DNA of 33,487 nucleotides from Candidatus Stahliibacteriota bacterium (GCA_030613445.1 JAUWLY010000002.1:1-33487); one strand, 5' to 3'. Shown: positions 6,978-15,642, counted from the first letter of the stretch. The notes: generated from the letters alone by a model not told the origin. A program made the numbers and translations.

Positions 6978-8328
6978 GTCTGAGAATAATTACAAGCTCT
7001 CCTATTACAATTATTTGCACACAAAAGATAATATAACAATATTATACAACACCTATACAGGGGCTCAAGCAAATATCACAAAGTCAGATCGAGATTTCAT
7101 TTTGCATTTATTTGAAAACCTAAACAATTTTGAATTGCGTAATAAGAGGCCGGATATATTCGCAAAAATGATTCAATGTGGTTTTATAGTCAAAGAGGAT
7201 ATTCACGAGATTGACTTTATCCGATTTCGCTATTATAAAGGGGCATTTTCTGTAAAGAATTTGTCATTTACTCTGCTACCAACTCGAGCGTGTAATTTTC
7301 GATGTATATACTGTTTCGAAGATGAAATCAATGAATCAATGAATGCAGATGATTGCCATAATGTCCTAGCATTTGTGAAACGGCAGATAAAAGAACAAAT
7401 GCCACAAGCAGTTTCAATAAATTGGTATGGAGGAGAGCCTCTTCTTAAGTTTGAGATCATAAAAAATTTGAGTGAAGAATTCATAGAAATTTTTAAGACA
7501 GCTAAGATCGAATATCAAGGTGCCATCGTGACCAATGGTTATTTATTGGATGATAGTATTGCAAAACAACTATTGAAGTTGGGCATTAAGATAATCCAAA
7601 TTACGTTAGACGGACCAGAGGAAATTCATGATAAACGCAGGCCTTTAAGAAATGGTGGACCTACTTATGGTAAAGTGAAAGCTGGCATTATTTCTGCAAA
7701 AAAATATTTTGACAGTGTAGATATAAGAATCAATGTAGATCGTGACAATTTATGCTCAATTAGGGACTTCTTGGAAACAGAAGAATGGCTTTACGGTGAG
7801 AATACCACAGTAAGACCTGGAAGATTGAGAGACTATACTGATGTTTGTAGTGGGTTTTCGCCATGTGAAAAAGGATTTTCTGCTCCTGAATTCTACGACG
7901 TATACAAATTGATAAGAGGTCTTACTAAAACAAAAAGGTGTAAAGAGGATAGTGTATTTCCTGCTGTTGTTCCAGTCAGAAGTTTTTACTGTGGCGCCCA
8001 GGTTATAAATACCTATACAATAGGTCCGAGATGTTTTGTTTATAAATGCACTGCATCCCTTGATCATGGTGATGAAGTGGGCATTATAGAAAATGGAAAA
8101 TTCCAGCCGAATGAAAGATTTGTTGCGTGGTTTCTAAGAGAGCACCCGACTTATACAGAGCCGTGCAAATCATGTAAGATGTTGCCAATGTGCATGGGTG
8201 GATGTCGAGTAATTAGATTGAGAAGTTCAAATCATGAAGAATTAAAAAATGGTATTTGCCGTCATTTCTCTCTTCTGCTGAACACTTATTTAGAAAGCGA
8301 AGTAGAAAAATTAAAAAAAGCGATGTGA
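6964..8328 (+). CDS. Radical SAM / SPASM-domain enzyme (peptide-maturase-like, anSME/AslB superfamily)
   Basis: CxxxCxxC cluster motif RACNFRCIYC, GGEPLL motif, and C-terminal SPASM cysteines CGAQ...GPRCFVYKC and CKSCKMLPMCMGGC. Confidence 0.9.
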   Translation: MKFFRSENNYKLSYYNYLHTKDNITILYNTYTGAQANITKSDRDFILHLFENLNNFELRNKRPDIFAKMIQCGFIVKEDIHEIDFIRFRYYKGAFSVKNLSFTLLPTRACNFRCIYCFEDEINESMNADDCHNVLAFVKRQIKEQMPQAVSINWYGGEPLLKFEIIKNLSEEFIEIFKTAKIEYQGAIVTNGYLLDDSIAKQLLKLGIKIIQITLDGPEEIHDKRRPLRNGGPTYGKVKAGIISAKKYFDSVDIRINVDRDNLCSIRDFLETEEWLYGENTTVRPGRLRDYTDVCSGFSPCEKGFSAPEFYDVYKLIRGLTKTKRCKEDSVFPAVVPVRSFYCGAQVINTYTIGPRCFVYKCTASLDHGDEVGIIENGKFQPNERFVAWFLREHPTYTEPCKSCKMLPMCMGGCRVIRLRSSNHEELKNGICRHFSLLLNTYLESEVEKLKKAM

Positions 8329-8355
8329 AACTATTTACGAAAGGAGGTGATAATC

Positions 8356-8475
8356 ATGGATATTACAAAGCAACCACTAACCTGTTTAGAATGCAAAAAC
8401 CGGGAAACCGATGCTGAAATTGCTTTGGTTTGTCATTCTGGTTGTTGTGCCAGTAGTTGTTTTGCTATACTGTAA
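8356..8475 (+). CDS. 39-aa Cys-rich peptide, candidate RiPP precursor (not in ORF track)
   Basis: My translation is MDITKQPLTCLECKNRETDAEIALVCHSGCCASSCFAIL*. A near-perfect SD AAGGAGGTGA (8341-8350) lies 5 nt before the ATG, which is 27 nt after the rSAM stop. It has 7 Cys, five of them in the last 14 residues. Confidence 0.6.
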   Translation: MDITKQPLTCLECKNRETDAEIALVCHSGCCASSCFAIL

Positions 8476-8526
8476 ATCACATGGTTTAAGAAGCAGGTAC
8501 AAAGCTCGGATGGTGATAATTAATTG

Positions 8527-9109
8527 TCGTCATCCGAGCTGGTATTAGCGATTGCGCGCAATAATCCGGAGTTTAGTTGTCGGGTGTTGGCCGTGAAGAT
8601 CATCGATGAGGAAGCGTTCAGCGTATCGGCATTGACCGTGGCTCGGTTGTAAAGGAAAGAAGGCTTAGTTGAGCCGCGCCCGATTACTGACGTGCCAGTC
8701 GCCAAATCCTGACATCACAAGACCAAAGGATGTGAGAAGATATGGCAGTGTGACGCGATGTACTATTTTGTGGTGGGCTGGGGTTATTGCAGGCAGATTA
8801 CAGTGCAGGATGACTATTCCCGGTATCCTTTGACTTGGGGGTGAAGCCGGATGAGACTGCATTCAGCATCAGCGAGGTGGTGGAGAAAACCATTGAGAAT
8901 GCAGAGCAGCAAGGTCACTTACAGAATGGCAACAGGCCAAAGTTTGTATCGGACAATGAACCGGGTTATACTTCAAAGATTCTTGCTGGGTATCTACTGG
9001 GTATCTAAATGTGAGTCCTCGGGATATATTTGCAGGCAGAAAGGAGGAAATATTACAGAAACGAGCAAAAAAAGTGCTTGATTCTAGCACGAAGGAGATT
9101 ATAATATAG
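8527..9109 (+). pseudogene. Degenerate DDE transposase (rve integrase-core type, IS481/IS3-like)
   Basis: Pieces sit in three frames: ...LAVKIIDEEAFSVSALTVARL* (HTH region), KIWQCDAMYYFVVGWGYCRQITVQDDYSRYPLTWG* (first catalytic D), GVKPDETAFS...RPKFVSDNEPGYTSKILAGYLLGI* (SDN second D) and SPRDIFAGRKEEILQKRAKK. The segment that should hold the catalytic E is missing. Confidence 0.7.
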
Positions 9110-9333
9110 TGGGTAAACATAATGATATACAGTTCTCTGAAGTGTAAGTTAAAAAATGAGCGATTTGTCCAAAATCGGCTGAAGCATAGTAATTATAGTA
9201 TTGCTATACAAAAAAAGGGAGGAATCCCAGACCTACGCCATTTCTCACAGAAATTTCACAGTTTTTATGTATGTTGACATAATGGTACCTTGACTGTAAT
9301 AGCGCAGGGCATATAATAATTTAGGGAGGACTT

Positions 9334-9498
9334 ATGCATAGGAATATCTTTGTATTATCATTGATTATGGGCATATATTTTTCATTTGCCACATCAACCT
9401 ACACGATACGCAAATTTGATAAACCTGAAGTTGATGAAGTCTCTGATAGTGAAAAGATTCCACACCGAATCCTGTTCCGTCAAATAATAGTTGATTAA
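9334..9498 (+). CDS. Hypothetical 54-aa protein with hydrophobic N-terminus
   Basis: MHRNIFVLSLIMGIYFSFATSTYTIRKFDKPEVDEVSDSEKIPHRILFRQIIVD*. SD AGGGAGGA lies just upstream. Preceded by TTGACT (9290-9295), a 16-nt spacer and TATAAT (9312-9317). No family recognised. Confidence 0.35.
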   Translation: MHRNIFVLSLIMGIYFSFATSTYTIRKFDKPEVDEVSDSEKIPHRILFRQIIVD

Positions 9499-9594
9499 GC
9501 GCAGAATGTCCAATGTTCAGACCTGACCCCTCTTTTTCCCTTTTCAAACACTGCACCTATACTATGTTTCAAGGACTGAAAATATCGTATCAGC

Positions 9595-9622
9595 TTGACA
9601 ACTGTATGTGCGTTAGTATAAT
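9595..9622 (+). promoter_or_regulatory. Consensus sigma70-type promoter of the GWxTD operon
   Basis: TTGACA (9595-9600), a 16-nt spacer and TATAAT (9617-9622). AGGAGGTGG SD and the GTG start at 9655 lie downstream. Confidence 0.55.
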
Positions 9623-9654
9623 GTAAGGAGGAAGATTATTATAGGAGGTGGAAT

Positions 9655-10890
9655 GTGACCGTAGTGGCATATTTCATATTTATTGCGGCAATTGACATTA
9701 ATGTTTACCGTTTTGCTGAGAATTATGTAGAGTTTTGGTATCAAATTCCTGTAAATCAAGTTTTTGCGCTGGATGAACTGAATGCTGCAAAAGAAGATAC
9801 AATCTTCAAAGAGTACTCCTACCGCCTTGATATCTACAATATAGCAGATGACGATTCTGGCTATTTTGAAGGTACGAAGGGGGCTTTAGTAATTCCCGAG
9901 CAACGGCATGACTATTTCATTGACTATATACCAGCCTATTTGTATCCTGGTGAATTTCTTTATACCTTGGCAATAGAAACTGGTGATTATGCTGTGTCGT
10001 ATGATGGTGCAATTCAACTATCTGCAGATACAAGTGGTCTTTTTTGCAGTGACTTGATCTTAGGTAAGAAAAACCATGATGAAAACCTGGTTTGCCATGG
10101 CTATACGTTCAGACCGAAAATCCCGGCGCATTTCACCGAATATGATAATCTATTTACATATATGGAAATTTATGGATTAATCCCTGATAGTCTCCTTTAT
10201 AGTATTCAATACAGGATTGTTGATAGCTTAGAGAATATTGTGTTTGAACACGCTGAGAGACGAATTAAATATGACTTTGTGCAGATAGATACTTGTTATA
10301 CGAGCTTACATAATTATATAGATGGATCGTATAAATTGACTGTGTGTGTTTACGACCCCTCGCAATGCGATACACTTATTTGCGAAGCAGAGTTTAGGGT
10401 TGTTACATCGTTGGACATGGTGGCCAACGCGGTATTCTACAGTGATATTCAACACCTTCTAAGTCCTGAAGAATATAAGGATTTTCTAAAACTCGACGTT
10501 CATGAAAAAAAAGTATATCTGAAGAAATTCTGGTCAACAAGGAACTATTGGGAATTTGAGAAGCGAATTATAGAAGTAGATGCGCAGCTTGGAACACCGT
10601 TTGCTCTAGGACGCGACACTGATCGTGGCAGGATATACATACAACTTGGTCCTCCTGAATGGATCGATTCCCGATCCATGGAAAAAACTTGGCTCTATGA
10701 AGATTTAAAGGCCGGAGCAAGAGTCGGAAGCCCCTGTCAAATCTGGCATTACGATGGCAGAGGCATTCGTTTACTATTTTGTGACACTAACAAAGACGGT
10801 GATTTTGAACTTCTTGGCTACTTTGGCGCTCACGAAGAGTATGAGGAATTTTTAAAGGACCACCAAGAGTTAATGGGATATTTTGATTAA
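9655..10890 (+). CDS. GWxTD domain-containing protein
   Basis: C-terminal region ...KKFWSTRNYWEFEKRIIEVDAQLGTPFALGRDTDRGRIYIQLGPPEWID...IWHYDGRGIRLLFCDTNKDGDFELL matches the GWxTD signature (G-x-x-TDRG..Y...G.P ... W.Y). GTG start follows a strong SD. Confidence 0.8.
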   Translation: MTVVAYFIFIAAIDINVYRFAENYVEFWYQIPVNQVFALDELNAAKEDTIFKEYSYRLDIYNIADDDSGYFEGTKGALVIPEQRHDYFIDYIPAYLYPGEFLYTLAIETGDYAVSYDGAIQLSADTSGLFCSDLILGKKNHDENLVCHGYTFRPKIPAHFTEYDNLFTYMEIYGLIPDSLLYSIQYRIVDSLENIVFEHAERRIKYDFVQIDTCYTSLHNYIDGSYKLTVCVYDPSQCDTLICEAEFRVVTSLDMVANAVFYSDIQHLLSPEEYKDFLKLDVHEKKVYLKKFWSTRNYWEFEKRIIEVDAQLGTPFALGRDTDRGRIYIQLGPPEWIDSRSMEKTWLYEDLKAGARVGSPCQIWHYDGRGIRLLFCDTNKDGDFELLGYFGAHEEYEEFLKDHQELMGYFD

Positions 10891-10914
10891 AGAGGGATAA
10901 TAGGTATTTCAAAA

Positions 10915-12231
10915 ATGCGACGCGCAAATAGAAAAAATACAAAGGTGTTTACCTTACACATATGTTGTATTCTTATGGTCTGTTTGGCTTGCTCGGCAGT
11001 GAATATATTCGCAAGTCGCTATTATAGGCTTCTTGAGAAGGAACGTAAAATTTTTCTTGGCTTTAGGGGCATTGATTCATTGGCTGCGGTTGAGTACATT
11101 ACACTGGAAACAGTTACTGAGCGGACGCAATACTATGAAGCTTTTTGGTTTGGAAGATCAGAACATGAACGGCAGGAATTTGAGAAACGAATCGAATATG
11201 CTCATAGGGTATTTGGCAAACATGCGCCACTGAGTGATGACAGAATTCCGATTTATGTGAAGCATGGAGAACCTTCAATTAGAGAAGAGATTTCTCCGAA
11301 AAAGAAGATTGCAGTAAAAATCAAAGAATCAGTTAAACCAGCGGAAATCTGGACATACTACGCTGATGGTTTGATCTTTGATTTCATACGCATTGCAAGA
11401 GCATATAAATTAATCGCTGAGTCTGAATTTGGTGAACGAGTGAACGTACCTTTTCTTCAAGAGGTGGTGCAAGATACGAATTTCACAATTCAATCCATGC
11501 TGCCTCTGGAATTTAACGTGACAACTGCAAGATATCGCCAAAAGAAGAACCTGACACGCCTGGAAGTATATCTTACAGTTGAGATAGATGATACGACAGG
11601 GAGTGAATTGCTGCGAAGCATTAAAGTTTTTAATACCAATGATAGTCTTGTGCAGTTCCAATCTGATCTTCTCAAACCTACGGGGAAGAAAGGTGGTTTG
11701 TTTTTTGACCAAGTGAATTTCTGGCTTGATCCCGAACTATATCGTCTGGAAATTCAGTTGACGGATCTCAAAAACAAACAATGCAGTACTGACACGATAC
11801 AAGTTAGCCTTATCGACTACCAAGATGATGGCAAGGAAATAAGCGATTTGATCGTTGCCAAGTTAATCGACGATATATTCACACATTATAAGTTCGAAAA
11901 GCCAGTGGGGCGTGTTATTCCACTGATAGACCGCAAATTCTCTGTGCACACCCCTTTTTACCTGTATGCTGAAGCTTATAATTTACACACAAAAAACGGT
12001 GAACATACAATTAGAATTACCTATGAAGTATATAATAAAGAAAAAATGCGGCAGGAAGTAGTCGATGCGGTAATAGAAAACGAAACAGAAGTTGGGGAGA
12101 TTGCCTATCTTGCTACTGAATATCACCCAATGGATTTGGACCCCGGAGTTTACATGATAGTATTGAGAGTTGAGGATCTATTTGGCGGCAAAGAACGAAC
12201 AGCTGTCTGCGAGTTCGAACTGGTAGAGTAA
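10915..12231 (+). CDS. GWxTD domain-containing protein (divergent paralogue, domain N-terminal)
   Basis: Signal-anchor MVCLACSAVNIFA, then YYEAFWFGRSEHERQEFEKRIEYAHRVFGKHAPLSDDRIPIYVKHGEPS...PAEIWTYYADGLIFDFI. This is the same motif order as the upstream gene but located near the N-terminus. Confidence 0.7.
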   Translation: MRRANRKNTKVFTLHICCILMVCLACSAVNIFASRYYRLLEKERKIFLGFRGIDSLAAVEYITLETVTERTQYYEAFWFGRSEHERQEFEKRIEYAHRVFGKHAPLSDDRIPIYVKHGEPSIREEISPKKKIAVKIKESVKPAEIWTYYADGLIFDFIRIARAYKLIAESEFGERVNVPFLQEVVQDTNFTIQSMLPLEFNVTTARYRQKKNLTRLEVYLTVEIDDTTGSELLRSIKVFNTNDSLVQFQSDLLKPTGKKGGLFFDQVNFWLDPELYRLEIQLTDLKNKQCSTDTIQVSLIDYQDDGKEISDLIVAKLIDDIFTHYKFEKPVGRVIPLIDRKFSVHTPFYLYAEAYNLHTKNGEHTIRITYEVYNKEKMRQEVVDAVIENETEVGEIAYLATEYHPMDLDPGVYMIVLRVEDLFGGKERTAVCEFELVE

Positions 12232-12233
12232 GT

Positions 12234-13454
12234 ATGCGCAGATACATACTATCCTTTTTCATGATTTTAATTCATGTTGTGTATGCTTCAGTCTACCTTA
12301 ATACTGCAAGAATTGCCTACTTCAATGAGCAGGACTATGCACGTGCAAGACGGGCGTGTCTTACAGGAATTGAACAGGGTGAAATTGATTTTGAGTTGTA
12401 TGCAATTCTGGCAGGATGTGAAATTGCCTATGGGAACTGGGGAAAAGCAGCCAATGCTCTATTCGAAGCCATCAAGGTTGATTCTGCCAAGACGTTCGAA
12501 TGGATGGACAAAAAAGGTGGCGGGTTGAAGTACTATCATCAGGCCTTTTATTTTTCTGCACGAGCACTATTTCTTGAAAATGAAAACGAAGAGGCTCTAG
12601 AACGAATCGATTATGCTAGATTTCTGCACGGTAGTGATATAAATACTGTAATTCTGAGGGGTGCTATTCTCTACAAACTGGGAAAGATTGAAGAGGCAAA
12701 CCGGGAATATAGCAATGTTCTCGCCATAGACCCAAGAAATCCTGACGTGCATTTTCTCATTGGTAAAGCCTTATTTGAGATTGATGAATTTGATAGCAGC
12801 CTGGTATACTTCAATAACGCCCTTGATTTCTATAATCCTCGTTATGAACGTACACTTTATGTATTATTTCAAAATGCATCAGAGAGTAATATAGATATTG
12901 CAATGGAAATATTGGCTTTGTGGAGGGACAGGAAAATACATGAACTTGACCAAATATTGAAGGCTGAACTTGCGCTTGACAACGGTTTGATTGCCCACAG
13001 TGAGACTATATCAAAACTGGATAGGACTGCTACTGATCTTGCCCGTGCTTATTACTATGCAGGTTTAAGCTACTACCATATCAAAGAGGACAGTCTTGCA
13101 TTGGACAATCTGCGTGCGTGTCTTAAACTCAAATCTGATGATACAGACGCTCTTTTCTATGCTGGAGAAATCTTGGTAAAATTTAAAGCATACGATCAAG
13201 CCGTGGTGTATTTGGACAAGGCTGCACATCTGAATCCTGATGATCAATATGCGTGGTTCTATCTTGGTGTATGCTACACAAAATTGAAGGAATATGATAA
13301 GGCGATAGGTGTCTATGAGAAAATGCTTGGATCAAATCCTGAGCGTATTGATGTACTGACCAATCTTGCATATTTATACTCTGAGCTCGGTGCTTACGTT
13401 AAATCAAATGAATATCTTAGAAAGGCTGAACTGATTCAGAAAAAACCGCAATGA
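12234..13454 (+). CDS. Tetratricopeptide-repeat protein (secreted)
   Basis: Hydrophobic N-terminus. Repeated 34-aa A/Y/L-pattern units (e.g. AYYYAGLSYYHIKEDSLALDNLRACLKLKSDD, AWFYLGVCYTKLKEYDKAIGVYEKMLGSNPE). Starts 2 nt after the previous stop. Confidence 0.8.
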   Translation: MRRYILSFFMILIHVVYASVYLNTARIAYFNEQDYARARRACLTGIEQGEIDFELYAILAGCEIAYGNWGKAANALFEAIKVDSAKTFEWMDKKGGGLKYYHQAFYFSARALFLENENEEALERIDYARFLHGSDINTVILRGAILYKLGKIEEANREYSNVLAIDPRNPDVHFLIGKALFEIDEFDSSLVYFNNALDFYNPRYERTLYVLFQNASESNIDIAMEILALWRDRKIHELDQILKAELALDNGLIAHSETISKLDRTATDLARAYYYAGLSYYHIKEDSLALDNLRACLKLKSDDTDALFYAGEILVKFKAYDQAVVYLDKAAHLNPDDQYAWFYLGVCYTKLKEYDKAIGVYEKMLGSNPERIDVLTNLAYLYSELGAYVKSNEYLRKAELIQKKPQ

Positions 13455-14203
13455 ATATCAGGGTTTCTTGCATTCTAATGTGCATATTAATGGTTGCTTT
13501 CTGCACTGCCGATGGATTGTCACAGGATTCTCCAGATATTGTCTTGTTGGATGCCATGGGTGATTATTATAATGGTGAATATTCCAAGGCTATTAAGCTT
13601 TTAGAAGATGCGTTGGAGAATTATGAGGATGGGAACAGGCTTACCGCACACAAATTTTTGGCTTTTTGCTACATAGCAATCGGTGTCAACTTGCAAGCCT
13701 TGGTGCATTTCAAGAAAGTTCTAAGTATAGACTCAGACTTTGAATTGGATTCATTGGCAGTGACATCAGCGATCTATACGGTATTCAGAGAAGCAAAACG
13801 AGAAAGGGCCCAGGAAGGAGCATGCTGTTCATGTTTTATTCCTGGATATGGACAATTTATGAAGGGCGAAGATGTAAAGGGAAAAGTGATATGTGCCACC
13901 AGTGGAATAACACTGGTGGCAACACTCCTTTTATGGTTTAGGACTGACCATGAGCATACCGAATACCTGTCTCTGGGACCAGATGAAAGAGACAGAATCG
14001 AAGATGCGTATCAAAGCTATAATCGGTGGTACAGAATTTCGCTTGCTGGTACCACACTGTTTGCTGCAATGTACTTGTATAGTATATTTGATGCATTTCC
14101 GTTTGGCAGTTCCACGACGAAATCAAGTAGTGGCTCTGGTTTTGGATTCAATTTGCATGAAGATAGTGAAACCATCAAGATCGGTTTCAGGATCTCCTTA
14201 TGA
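13451..14203 (+). CDS. TPR-like membrane protein
   Basis: ATGA overlap with the previous gene. Signal peptide, TPR-like unit (GDYYNGEYSKAIKLLEDAL), then PGYGQFMKG followed by two predicted TM helices (VICATSGITLVATLLLWF, ISLAGTTLFAAMYLYSIF). Confidence 0.65.
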   Translation: MNIRVSCILMCILMVAFCTADGLSQDSPDIVLLDAMGDYYNGEYSKAIKLLEDALENYEDGNRLTAHKFLAFCYIAIGVNLQALVHFKKVLSIDSDFELDSLAVTSAIYTVFREAKRERAQEGACCSCFIPGYGQFMKGEDVKGKVICATSGITLVATLLLWFRTDHEHTEYLSLGPDERDRIEDAYQSYNRWYRISLAGTTLFAAMYLYSIFDAFPFGSSTTKSSSGSGFGFNLHEDSETIKIGFRISL

Positions 14204-15129
14204 CGACCAGGAGATTAGTTGTTGTAACAGCCGCTATTGCATTCATTCTGTTCTCCTGTATTAATGCGCCACGTGATAGTATCTATGATCCCAATAATCC
14301 CAATAGGGCGTATATTGTTGGTATTGTATGTGAACCAGACAGTTCGCCTGTAGATGGTGCAGTTATTACCTTGAGCATAGATGAGCAGATTATCAAAGCT
14401 GATACAACTGATGATACTGGAGGTTACGAGATAGAGGATATAATCCCTGATATCTACAAACTAACAGTGGAATCTCCCTTGTATTATGATGTATGGGAAC
14501 AATATCCAGAAAGTCTGTGGGCAGAGACATATTTAGACAATTATGATATTTTTCTTGATACATATGTATTTGAAGATGATTCGATTGGCACTGTTATCCC
14601 TTATGCTTTTGGTGCTGCATATGGTAGTTGGTCTATTGTCGAGGATAATGGACAACCAGAAAAGCATTCGGTACCAAATGTCTATAAAGGAGAAGATAGT
14701 GACACCACCGAACCAGCAATATCGCTGTTGCAGCAAACAGATATCACTGCCTTCTATTTCGCTGCCAAGCTGAAAGTACTGAGCGCATCGGGTACAGACT
14801 GGCAGGTTGGGATTGTCTACCGGTTTCAAAACCCTATGAATTATTATCTCTTGAAGATTTATGCGGATTCAATCGTTGCATTAAAGGTTGTGGATGGAGC
14901 GGAGGTTCGTATTCAAGGTGTTGCTCAGATTTTTTCGACGGACATATGGTATTCACTCGCTGTTGAGTATGACAACACTCATATGACCATATACTTGAAC
15001 AATGAGTGGTGTATCGGGGCAACTGACGGTTCTATCAAACAAGGGCAGCTTGGCTTATGGGTGTCAGATTCGAACACAGGGACGGCAGCATCTGTATTTT
15101 TTGACGATGTAACAGTTCAATTACGCTAA
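14200..15129 (+). CDS. Lipoprotein with carboxypeptidase-regulatory-like Ig domain and LamG/DUF1080-like lectin-fold domain
   Basis: ATGA overlap with the previous gene and lipobox ILFSC. GIVCEPDSSPVDGAVITLS...TDDTGGYEIEDIIPDIYKLTV resembles the CarboxypepD_reg pattern. C-terminus WQVGIVYRFQNPMNYYLLKIY...WYSLAVEYDNTHMTIYLNNEW...GQLGLWVSD...VFFDDVTVQ resembles a concanavalin-like fold. Domain calls are by eye only. Confidence 0.65.
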   Translation: MTTRRLVVVTAAIAFILFSCINAPRDSIYDPNNPNRAYIVGIVCEPDSSPVDGAVITLSIDEQIIKADTTDDTGGYEIEDIIPDIYKLTVESPLYYDVWEQYPESLWAETYLDNYDIFLDTYVFEDDSIGTVIPYAFGAAYGSWSIVEDNGQPEKHSVPNVYKGEDSDTTEPAISLLQQTDITAFYFAAKLKVLSASGTDWQVGIVYRFQNPMNYYLLKIYADSIVALKVVDGAEVRIQGVAQIFSTDIWYSLAVEYDNTHMTIYLNNEWCIGATDGSIKQGQLGLWVSDSNTGTAASVFFDDVTVQLR

Positions 15130-15302
15130 TTTCTTGTAATTGAGATTCAGATTCTGGAACTTTCCGCTTTTTTATGATTTCAGGATGAAAAAGCACAGAT
15201 AAAGTATTGACAATTATTCAAACAAGATATATAGTCTTAGGTCAGAGTGCGGTTATGTTCGTGTAGAATGGAGGCTATTCACACTGTAACTAATGTTTAA
15301 GT

Positions 15303-15381
15303 TGTTGTGTTTCAGCACATGTGGCACACATTGGCTAAAAACTAACTTACACTCATAGGGTTGTGCACCAGCCAAAAAGGG
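15303..15381. repeat. Dispersed repeat family B, copy 1
   Basis: TGTTTCAGCACATGTGGCACACATTGGYTAAAAACTAACTTACACTCATAGG... is shared with 32401-32478, where it lies directly 5' of an integrase remnant on the minus strand. No integrase follows here. Confidence 0.7.
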
Positions 15382-15398
15382 GTATAATGAGATACCCC
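15374..15398 (-). terminator. Putative rho-independent terminator (minus strand)
   Basis: The minus strand reads GGGGTAT-CTCATT-ATACCCC followed by TTTTT (7-bp stem at 15379-15385 / 15392-15398). It lies downstream of the antitoxin-like gene and repeat A on that strand. Confidence 0.45.
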
Positions 15399-15436
15399 GA
15401 GGAAAAAACGTGGAGAACACAACTTTGTGAGAAATC

Positions 15437-15568
15437 AAGGGGATCGCAGTTATTCACCACCGACCCCCCTATTTTTTATATTGGCAACCTTGTGCCAAAT
15501 CTGTGCCATTTTATTACCAAAACATATGGTAACAGACAGAATTCCCAGTAATAAGCAGAATTACGCAA
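15437..15568. repeat. Dispersed repeat family A, copy 2
   Basis: Aligns with 6035-6165 in the same orientation. The 19-nt core TTGTGCCAAATCTGTGCCA is at 15490-15508. Confidence 0.85.
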
Positions 15569-15642
15569 GTGCTTGTCTTTGTTTCTTTTGGGAGCTTTTG
15601 AAGAAATCTAAAAACCTTTGGATGTAATTCAACTTCAAACAT
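15514..15642 (-). pseudogene. Truncated RelE/ParE-like toxin ORF
   Basis: The ATG overlaps the stop of the upstream small gene (ATGTTTGA). The N-terminus MFEVELHPKVFRFLQKLPKETKT resembles the start of RelE/ParE-family toxins, but the frame then runs into repeat A and stops after 42 codons. Recognition is weak. Confidence 0.3.

Noticed and set aside
8504-8539. 9-bp stem (GCTCGGATG / CATCCGAGC) after the 39-aa ORF as a terminator.
   Set aside because: It has an 18-nt loop and no T-run, and its right arm lies inside the transposase relic. It may be fortuitous or an IS-end structure, so it is not called as a terminator.
8520-9120. Four overlapping track ORFs (8520-8705 -, 8665-8862 -, 8851-9081 +, 8869-9120 -) as separate genes.
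   Set aside because: The region is explained by one plus-strand transposase relic read across three frames. The listed ORFs are frame debris or antisense shadows.
6035-15568. Dispersed repeats A and B, and the duplicated leader, as a possible CRISPR array or integron attC series.
   Set aside because: There are only two copies of each, kilobases apart, with no regular spacing and no short repeat-spacer periodicity. No cas or intI-type integron integrase was recognised.
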